35,725 nt of DNA from Gonapodya sp. JEL0774 (lineage: Eukaryota), in the NCBI GenBank assembly GCA_027604505.1, contig JADIIX010000010.1, forward strand, positions 248,001 to 283,725, in the 5' to 3' direction. This document shows, one piece after another, positions 22,375 to 32,311 of this stretch (positions are counted from its first letter, which is position 1; every line of letters starts with the position of its first letter). The notes beneath the pieces are model-generated. The model was not told the DNA's origin. It searched no databases and worked only from the letters and a program-made list of their open reading frames with translations. The translations under genes and the position numbers were made by a program.

Positions 22375-23033
22375 ATGCTCGTGTCCAATTCGAGCCCATC
22401 TGGAACAGAAAGTGGGTATGGTACACGTGTATTGCGAGGCCGATTGTCGCTTGGAACGTCGTGGAGACCACCCGGAAAGAATTGCAACGAGTTGTGGGAT
22501 TACTGTGAGCATTATTGTTTACATATTACACACTACTGACACCATGAAAGTGTCCACCTTCCGGTATTAAACATGATGGAACGGCTCCCATTCCCAACTA
22601 TTAGCTCTCCGCACCCCATGTCCATACATGTCCTGCGTTCCAGTTCATTCCCATCCGTCCACCTCACATCTATCCTTTTATTCCATTCGCCATTTGCGAC
22701 ACCCCTTGTTACTTCTGCTTGAACAAGAATGAGTACTTGTACTATTTATTATACATGTTTCCCACCCACCACTATTATCTCCGCTCGCTCCATAGCCTCT
22801 AATATTTGAATTTGAAGCCCTCCATCATGTTTGAAACCGGAAGGTGGACACTTTCATGGTGTCAGTGTGTAATATGTGAACGATGATGCTCACAGTATTC
22901 CCACAACTCGTTGCAATTATTTCCGGATGGTGGCGAACGCTCTCCACGACGTTCCCAGCGACAATCGGCCTCGCAATACACGTGTACCATACCCACTTTC
23001 TGTTCCAGATGGGCTCGAATTGGACACGAGCAT
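22375..23033. repeat. Inverted repeat, arms 22375-22580 and 22821-23033, spacer ~240 bp
   Basis: The arms are near-identical reverse complements apart from a few substitutions, a 3-nt indel and a 10-nt indel. The right arm is the BET2 upstream region plus the first ~107 coding nt. Confidence 0.95.
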
Positions 23034-25207
23034 ACATGTCAAATATGTCAAAGAGCTCGACAATGTGGGTGTATCCGGTCAATGTCCCTATTCAATTGTT
23101 TGCCCCCTCGATTCAATCTGCTGGCATCTATCGAAAGAATAAAGACACTCTTGAATACTGGGTGACTGAACACCTCCGTCTCTCCGGGGTGTACTGGGGC
23201 CTGACCGCCTTGGCCATCATGGGTCGGCAGAAGGAACTGGATCGAGATGAGGTGATTACATTTGTAAAAAAGTGCTGGCATAGATCAGGTAAGACGAATT
23301 CGTTGAAGCATCTTCCCGTCCAGGGATGGCTTGGATGAGGATCGGTGGGAGAGGGGTGATCCGGTCACTGTTCAAACTTCACCTGGGTCCAGTTTTGCGG
23401 CTGAAATCACATTTTTCTCTACCCATCTGAATTTCATGGCTTCGATTCGCTCATCGCCGACGCTTTGTCCGCAGGTGGGTTCGGTGGTTCACCAGACCAC
23501 GATCCGCACATCCTCTATACCCTCTCTGCCCTGCAAGTTCTTGCCATACTGGACGCACTGGACGCCGTAGACAGGAGTGCAGTCATGAAATGTGAGTGCT
23601 TTTGGTTGGATACTACGTGGAGACGGTACAATGAGGAATTGATTGAGGAGGGTGAGGAAAAGAACAAGAAGCCAAGAGCGTATGACAAGGATGGCTGTGT
23701 GGAGAACTAGAACTGTGCAATGTCGCCACATAGATTCTTCTGTTTGCAAAGAGCACAGGCTCCTTAGCCTAAACCATTGGGTCAACATCCCACCTCCATT
23801 TCCTTCATGATCCTTGCTCACTGTCACACTTACCGAAGTACCGCTCACTCTTGTAATTTTCAAAACCTCCTTTACGTTTACTGGTCACCCCTCACCAAGA
23901 TATCCTCACACTATCCAATCCCGACGGGTCGTTCCGTGGTGACGCATGGGGCGAAGTGGACTCACGGTTTGCGTACTGCGCACTTCAGTGTGCGACTCTC
24001 ATAGAGGCAGGAGACAAGCGATACGGCAAGGGAGTGTGGATGGGCGATGGTAGTGTTCCGCTCGACATCATCACTGACGCCAAAGAGGACCGAGTTGGAC
24101 GGGATGATGAGAGTGGGGCAGAAAGTGCGATCGCATCCCAGACCTCGCATACTTCTATCCCCTCTGTGCCATCACCCTCCACTGCGTCCCCCGACCCACC
24201 GCCAAACCCACTGTCCACGCCACCACCGACCTCTCACCTCACGTACTTAGACACCAACCGCATCGCGTCGTGGATTGCTCGGTGTCGGAATTTCGATGGT
24301 GGTTTTGGAAACGTGCCTGGTGCGGAGAGTCATGCTGGACATAGTAAGTCTCGTTGGCGGCCTGGTGGGACGGTCCAGCATCTCACCTGCCAAATTTTTG
24401 CTGATTGTCCGTCTTCCCGCAACCTCAACTATAATTGATCTAGTATTCACCTGTGTGGCTGCGCTTGCTATTTGCGGTCGACTCGACCTGGTGGACCGTG
24501 ATTTGCTAGGCTGGTGGTTGGCAGAAAGACAATTGGGAAACGGAGGGTTGAATGGACGGCCCGAAAAGCTGGAAGATGTGAGTTTTGGATGCAAAAAGAT
24601 GTCCGTCTGAAGTAGGAAGCGGGAACCGTGAAGTCGGAGGGTAGGACCGTCAAGTGGTGGTGTCTGGCCCTCCTGCCCCGGTGCGCTTTGTACGAGCATT
24701 ATAGCCAAACCTCACTGTTACTCTGTTGTTTCTACATCGTAACCGTGCTGCCAGGTTTGCTACTCGTGGTGGGTGCTTTCAACACTTCAAATACTCGGTC
24801 GCGACCATTGGATCGATGGTGGGGCGCTCGCTGGGTTCATTTTGAGATGTCAAGTAGGTCTTTCTCGCTGTTCAGCGTTAGAAACAGCACTTGATGTTTG
24901 AATTTGATGTCCGTGCTACTTGTCGTTGTGACGTGGACGCTTCCTTGGTTGTGGGGTGGTGGTTTCATTGTTCATGTGTCCTCTCCATGACACATCCAAC
25001 CACTGCATTCAATCTACTTCTCATTCACAGGACCTCACTGGCGGATTTTCCGATCGGCCCCCAGATGCCCCTGACGTGTTCCATACGTTATTTGCCATTG
25101 CAGCGTTGAGTATGCTGGGATATGCAGGTTTGCAAGCCGTGGATCCTGTGTACTGTCTACCCGCAGTATGCGTGAAGAATTTTGGCTTAGAAGTGGACTG
25201 GGGATGA
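22927..25207 (+). CDS. BET2: Rab geranylgeranyltransferase (type II) beta subunit
   Basis: [150 protein letters not shown] 25205-25207. Confidence 0.95.
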
Positions 25208-25278
25208 AGCAAACCATATCTTTGATAACTATCAAAAACTTCAATACAAATATTGAGCGATGTAATCATTGGGATCAA

Positions 25279-28200
25279 CTACTCTGGCAATTTCAATGTT
25301 TCATCAATCAACTTTTCAGGTGTCTCAGATTCACCTCGCGCTCTCAAGTTGTCACGCGCCATCCTCACTCGTCGCTCGCTAAAACCCAAATCCAAAATGA
25401 GGGTTTGCATGGTGGGATCCTCTCCAAGCAACTGAAGCAATGCGTCTGAATTGACAGAATCTGCCGGTGGTGCGCTGTTCGTTCTTTGTATGGAAACCTG
25501 GGGTTGCTGTGCATTCGTGGCCCAAGGTCCCTCTTGAAGATCAATTCCAGCCCCCTTCCAAATGTCCTCTGCGGAAAGCGTGTCGCCATACGCATGTACC
25601 CGCTCAAAAGCCTTGTCCAACGTCAACTCCCCTGTTCCCCAAGTGCCTCCCGTTGTTCGGGCCAACACCTCCAAGATTGCCCAAACTCGCTCCCGAGAAT
25701 ATCCCATTGTCACGAGTTCTGAAATAATATCCGTTTGTATTTTTCTCTGATTTGCCAAGAAGGAGACGGCGTCTGCTACAGAGACTTCGTTCGAGGATAC
25801 AGAGGCTGCGGGCGGGGCAGAGTGCATTTGAGCATTTCGAAGAGAACTTGCTAATTCTGGACTTGGACCCAGGCGGCGGGAGGCCCTTTGGATTGCTGAA
25901 ACCCCGCGAGCTGGGAGTTGCTGAATTGTGAGAGAAGCCGGTGAAGGAGGAATTATGGGTCGACCAGAGGGTTGTCCTGCTGAACTTTCCGACATAATCG
26001 ATTCGTGCCTTGGCCGAACCCGAATGTTGGCATTTGCAGCATTCGAATGTACGCCCGTCGAACTGCTTGGTCGATGCAATGCAACGGACTCGATTTCTGA
26101 CGGTTTTTGTGGGGCGACACGAGTGAAAGGTCCGAAATTCTTGTATTGGCCAGTCTGAGAGTATTGATACTGATTGGTTTGTTGAGGATGTGTCAAACTA
26201 TCTGTGAGGCGCGCTGACACTTCCGTTTGATAGGACGAGGACCTTCCTGGCGGCACAACAGTACGGTGCGTGACATGATTCGGGATTGCATCGGTGGGTG
26301 GTCCGTGTTTCCGCTGTGGCACTTCGTCAACTCGGGTGTAGGACTCCCTCTCCTGCAAACGATCATCATAAGTAGACACGTCAATTCGATGTGTTGATTC
26401 TGTGTTGATAGCAATTATCGGACCGGTTGACTGTGAAGTAAACGCCGACTCCGAATAAGGAGTTGCCAGGTGTGGGGCACTCCCGTACGGCTCCCTCAAG
26501 TGCGCAATTCCAACGGTGTCCCCAAGGGCTGGGGATCGCCAAACATCTCTTGAAGCTCCACTCGGAGAGGTGTCATCCGAGTATGGTTTTTGCGCTGAAG
26601 CTCCCTCCATCACGGCTCTCATTGCTCGAGCCTCTCGCTGTACGTACTCTATGTCTGCGCTGGACATGCTGCTTGTGTCAACCGGGAAGTCCACATATAT
26701 GCCATCTCGAAGCTCCCTCAGATACGCAATATTGTTCGTGGATCCAAGCAAACAAGCCTTAAATTGTATAGGGGGGTATGTGTACGTGTCGATCCAATTG
26801 CTGAGAGTGAGAAGCACTGACGCTGTCAGAATGGTGATGCAATCTGAGGGAATGATGGTTACGGCGGCTCCTCTGCTTCAGAACATACCGCGTTCTAGCT
26901 CCTGCCTGATTCTGATGTAACCTGCATCTACTTTGGACATTCTTGTAACTGGTACTTCGAGAACCTCGCCATTTGTTACTTTTCGCAATTTCGCCACATC
27001 ACCCAGTGTTTCGGACTTGAGTACTCCTTCAAACTCTGCAGGTAGTTCCGAAATCGTGTCTCGGTCGAAAGCGTAGACGATGACGTGATACGGAGCTTCC
27101 AGAGTTATGTGAATGTTTCTGAGAGAAATAAAAAGTTGTTTGTATGAGAGTCTCACCTTCGTCCGATACCCGATATACGTCCCCGGTTCCCACCGAAACC
27201 CCAAACCGTCGAACCACGCGGGTTGGCCAGGAAAGCTGCTGGAGCGACCCACTCCGTCCACCTCCCAATCTCTCAGAGTCAACCTTCGGGAGAGGTCTCG
27301 CGATCGTCGGTTCTGGAGCTGAGGGAGCGTGTCGCTCGTCAAGATAACCAGAATTGCATTCATCCCCGTCCCATTCGGCTTCTGTTCGTTGTTTGGCTTG
27401 TTCGTTCAGCACCGAAGTGGGAGAGGCGACAGTAGTGGAATACTGACTGTTGACATAAGACTTTATAGAAGTAGATGCCAACGGCGTGAGAGGGGTCTGT
27501 GGTACATCTTGCATTGCGACGGATGTAAACGCCGTCTGCCCGCCATTGTAGCCGTTAAGAGATCTGGATCGACCAAGCTGTTGATCTCTTAGGAGCTCCG
27601 AAGACTGCACCGCATCTCCAATATTCTGCTGCAATTGAATCGAACTAAAGTGAGTGGACGACAACGGCCGCGGACTCCTTAGTCCCGGTGGTCGAGGAGC
27701 ACCCATCACGGGAAGGGACATAGCAGAAGAAGCTTCCCAGCGGCTCTAAATGATTTAAGAAACCATTGTGAAACTGTCGCGAAGGCACACAGGAGAGTGC
27801 AAGTCACCGTACCTTCAGACTTGCGACTCTTCCGGCAGCGTGCTCGGCATTCGTTACCTCCAGCAGTCCCTGCGTCCTGTCCTCCGTCCGCACCTTGACC
27901 TCCCCTTCTGGGTGGAGAGGGGCCAACGTTGAAGGCGACAGCGATTCTTCAGGCTCCCCGTTTTCAGTCCGCGACACCACAACAAGCGGTTTCGATTGGA
28001 AAATGGATCCGTTCGAGGGTTTCGAAGATGAAAATTCTGGTTCCACCGAACCTGTCAAATTGACAGGCACAGAAGTTGAAGACGCCCCTCCGGAAGTTGT
28101 GGTGATTGAACTCGAAGTGCCACTTTTGCTCGATCTCCCAAGCGAGAGGTGTCTGGGCTTCGCAAGCGGGACAGGTGGGCGGCGCTTAGGTTGTGGAGAG

Positions 28201-29473
28201 GAGATCGCAGAGGAAGCTGTGGTGGGCTCAGTAGCTAACACGTCCGGTGGAAGTACTTGCACCGCTCCCGCGGGCAGTACTTTGGCTGTGTTGAGAATAG
28301 CGTCTGATGGGAGGGTGGGGTTGGCTTCGCTCGGCGGAATTTCAGCTCCATGTGGGGGTTGGGGAGGATCGGAGAACGCTGGAACTTCAACTGGCTGGTC
28401 CGGCACTGTCGAGGCCGGTCGGGAGATGTCTGCAGGTGAGGTGGGGGTCGTGGGCTGAACAGATTGTTCAAGAGAGTGCGTTGTTGACGGAGTGTGCGTG
28501 TGGATATCTGAATGGACTTGAGAAGAGTGCAATTCAGCGGTGGGAATTGGGGTAAGGGATGGTCCTCGGGGTGGGCGGGGTGCTACCAGTGGTGGAGGTA
28601 AAGACTGCACTCATAAAGGTAAGATGACGTCGCGACGTGGGCCACTTGCGTCCAGGCAACCGTTTCCTAGTGGAGAAACACAAGGACACCCCAATACTCA
28701 CCTCCGCTTCTCCCATATAGTTCTCGGCCACAACACCCCACTCCTCGACCTCGTCAAGTGTCCTGGAGCATATCCACCAACCGCCTTCATTTCGTTGTCG
28801 CACAACAAGGCGGTCTTCACCATAGAGGTGCAATTCATCTTCGTGAGTGGGCGTCCAGTGGTAGATGGAGGTGCGGAGCTCCAATGGTGGGAGAGTTGAG
28901 AGGATCTAGGTCAAGGAGGGATTGTAGGATAGAACAGGTAGAGTGCAATGGTAGAATGCAGGCGAGCAGTTGGCGGGGGTGTGAAATTTTATCAATCTGG
29001 CAATGCATGATGCCCAAGAGATTTTTTGGTGGATGTGCGATAACCACTCGAGGTGTCGCGGGAGAGCCTTGCATGGTGTCCTTGAGGCTCTAAAGTCTCC
29101 AAGCGAGCAGCGACTGGCACGAACCAGGAATCAAACTCACATTCATCGGCACAGCCCTTGGGCTCACGGGTTCTGGTGAAGACACTCCAGCGTTCGAGTC
29201 ATCGAACAACCTCTTGTTGATGGCCCTTCAGGGAAGATAGACAGAGAGGTTCAAGCGAAACCAAGCATTTTTATTGAGTGCAATAATTGATCATTTTATG
29301 TTGTTAATGATCAGTACCTTCAGCTCAGAGAGGAAAGAAACTCACCAAGCCCAACCCGGACCAGGGTGATTAAACTGCAGAATCCACAGAACATCACCTA
29401 CAGCGACATTCATTTCCTCATCGGAGCTCGGTGTATGTTCGTCGATCGCCCTTGCGCATGAAGCAAACGGCAT
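25279..29473 (-). CDS. Tandem-SH3 adaptor with Pro-rich linker and C-terminal UBA-like segments
   Basis: SH3-1 is split over three exons (29473-29346, 29225-29141, from 28905): ARAIDEHTPSSDEEMNVAVGDVLWILQFNHPGPGWAW|AIN...AVPMN|IL. SH3-2 is TSIYHWTPTHEDELHLYGEDRLVVRQRNEGGWW..GVVAENYM. PxxP motifs follow, then UBA-like ELVTMGYSRERVWAIL and LILDLGFSERRVRMA. TAG 25279-25281. Confidence 0.8.
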
Positions 29474-29783
29474 GGTGTCTGCTGTGGATCGGGAAATCTC
29501 TATCCTGGTCGTAGGCGAACGTGTTCTAGATCTCCCTCCTTGTGATGAAAAAATCGCCTGAGATATCCAGATTTGATGCGATGGAGTTCTCGGAAGAGTG
29601 TTCTGTAAAGGATGTTAAAACGGGATGGGCAGGGTCTCCACAAGCATGGGGAGCAGGGGACGCAGCAAACGCAGCACCCACAGAGAATCATAGCGGTAAA
29701 TATGAACCTCATCACTCCAATGTGAGCGACATATATTTATACCAGTGAGAATTTCAACAAGCAACATATAGAGACTTAGTTCA

Positions 29784-31265
29784 TTACAAAGACGACGGAA
29801 CATTTGAGTTCTTCTGGGTTAAACGGGCGTTGTACTTCATCAACAGTCCAAGCCAGTCCATTTGGTTCTTGGTTGCCGGGATGGGGTGAGACGCTGGAAA
29901 TTGTGAGTAGGAACTGAGTTTCCAATACTGCCCGACATCAAAGATGCGATTTTGCTTACCAATCACCCAACGCACGCCTTCGGTGCATGGAGGAGCAGTG
30001 AGAGAGCCCTCGTAGTACCTAACGCCAAAGTACAGGTGATGTCAAAACATTCTCGGTATAAGCATCAATTTGACTACCACGTCTCACCAAAATTCCTCCG
30101 AGTCCTCAATATACTCTGTCAAACGGCCGATCGGGAAGTTCTTCACTACGTTTCCTTTGTCGGTCTCATTGTGGGGCACCTGCAACACCAGACCGTAACA
30201 AATCAATGACGATTGCTGCCGTATGAAACTCGTTTCACAATAGAACCATCTTGATTGAATTAACTCACCGCCCTCAAAAATTGGTGCAACCACCCAACCG
30301 GCTTCTCGCCGAAATCTTCCACGTAAATCGCAACAACGTGTATAGCACCAGAGTCGGACTTGTGCACAAGGTGGAGTTCCGCGGGGTAAGCTTTGTCGGC
30401 AAGGTGATGCTGATTTCCGTTGAGGTCATACAAAAAGAATAAGTTTAAATATGATCAGAACAAATGCATCCTCTGATTTGTTTCTTGCAAAGACGAACCT
30501 CAGCAGGGGCGTGGAAGTGGAAGTTGACCAGGTAGTACTTAACACCCTCACGCTCGATGTATGCTCTAAGTGATAGATGGTGTGCATGGTAAAGTTTCTC
30601 GCAATTCGAAGAACAAACGAGAGCACTCTCCACGACACTCTCCAAACTCACGTCTTTGGTGGTGCAAAGAGCTCCACTGTGAACCCCAAGTTCTCAACTG
30701 TCACATTCGAGAACTTTTCGGGATAAACCATGTTGAATGGCGCAGTTCCATTGCCTTAGTAATTGTCTACATATCAGTTCCGTTGCGATTCCGACTCCCA
30801 AGTCAGGTGAAGACTCTAACTCACTTGGCACGGTACCATCGATGTTGATAGGGCTACGTTTGAACCAGCAATAAAGGTTTGAAATGCTCCTGTTCGGAAT
30901 CGGGTAACATGACAACACACCTCTGGTACTTTCCAGTAGAGCACGTGGTATAGTTGGGATTAATACTCCCCCAGTAAAATGGTCCTTTTCCACCTTCGTA
31001 TCCCCACTTTTACACGAAAATGGTGTTGAAGGAGAAGGGTGACAGTATGTTGGTCGAGCATAAACCATCATGTCTCAAAATGCCATGTTCAACTCACATC
31101 CACAGCCCGTTTCACGATTCGGCCGATTTCCTGGCGTCCAACGATCGCAGAAGCCAAGCAGTTGGGGTGTGAGCCAACCACATCAGTGTGCACAGGGTGC
31201 GCGATGCTGGGCCCAGAGAATGCACCGAGAGCAAGCAGCGTGGAGAGGAGGACGCGTGAGAGCAT
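29784..31265 (-). CDS. Secreted alpha-carbonic anhydrase
   Basis: Signal peptide MLSRVLLSTLLALGAFSGPSIA; WGYEGGKGPFYWG..YTTCSTGKYQSPINID; NFHFHAPAE|HHL..AELHLVH (three Zn His); YEGSLTAPPCTEGVRW; NARLTQ. TAA 29784-29786. Confidence 0.93.
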
Positions 31266-31330
31266 TGGGCGAGAAAGCAAGTGCTATAGTTGACGTGGAG
31301 AGCTGGTTTCTGGCAGTGTCTGGCTGGGCC

Positions 31331-31337
31331 TTTTATA
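31331..31337 (-). promoter_or_regulatory. TATA box of the carbonic anhydrase gene
   Basis: TATAAAA on the minus strand ~66 nt upstream of ATG 31265. Confidence 0.5.
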
Positions 31338-31814
31338 TTTCTCCGATGACGCCTGTCAAGTATTCTTCAACAAACACCACCCCCTTCACCGCCACCGTCA
31401 AGTATTTCCCCAAAGGATTGTCCCCTGCCAACAACTTGCACACAGTCGTTATTCAACAAAGTCGAAAAGCATTGAGATGACATTCACGTTATCTTTTCCG
31501 GGATCCGGAACTGTGGGGGAGTGCCTCAACATATACGCGTATTGTATTTGTGATAGCCGTATCCACCAGCCCCAGTCACCTGCTATAATACCAATGCAAT
31601 TTCTTCGCGGGTTGAATGGTGAACATTGCATCGGCTTATTGCATCGGTTTTGTCTTGATTGGTAATCATGATCACGCGCGCCTTGCACTGAGACGTTGAT
31701 GTCCCGAGTGAATCAAAAATCACAAATGATGGCGTCATGACAACGAGATATTTGAACGTTTTGCTTTTTTCTCGTAGACACGAACTGGTGGTACTCACAA
31801 GTGGTCTAGGCTGG

Positions 31815-31822
31815 TGACGTCA
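31815..31822. promoter_or_regulatory. CRE/ATF palindrome TGACGTCA upstream of the carbonic anhydrase
   Basis: Perfect palindrome 550 nt upstream of the CA ATG; function is inferred only. Confidence 0.3.
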
Positions 31823-32311
31823 TCCGCCTCGTTGGAGCACGGTTGAGCACTAGTGGCAAGGCGAGAGGCGAAATTCTTGACGGAGTTGCATAATCTATGC
31901 ATCTATACCCTCTTACCCTCTCACGCTCATCTCCTGGGCGACTGCACCAACAGTTCCACCCTGCATAACCTGCACACGTTCGCCACAGTCACTTCTCAAA
32001 ACTACATCTTGCCGTATCTCGTCTTGTCATATGGTCTGAGTCCTGAAATAGGGCGGCAGCAGATACACAACCCGTTAACCTCTCGCCACGATTGAACGAC
32101 CATCAGAGAGAGCAGTTCTGGTATCATTTGACTGTGTACGCATCTCAACACCGGTCTCAAAACGTAGTCCATGAAACTTGGCACCAGTAAAGACCCAATG
32201 CATTAAAATGAGATGTGCTAATTGCGTTATGATTGATTCTCATGCTAAACACATGTCTCTCAGACTTGTTCTCGAAACACCACCTACTCATTCACTCCCA
32301 TGGTCACATTA

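Noticed and set aside
22375..23033. Inverted repeat as transposon TIRs or MITE
   Set aside because: One arm is BET2 upstream and coding sequence, and no transposase or target-site duplication is evident.
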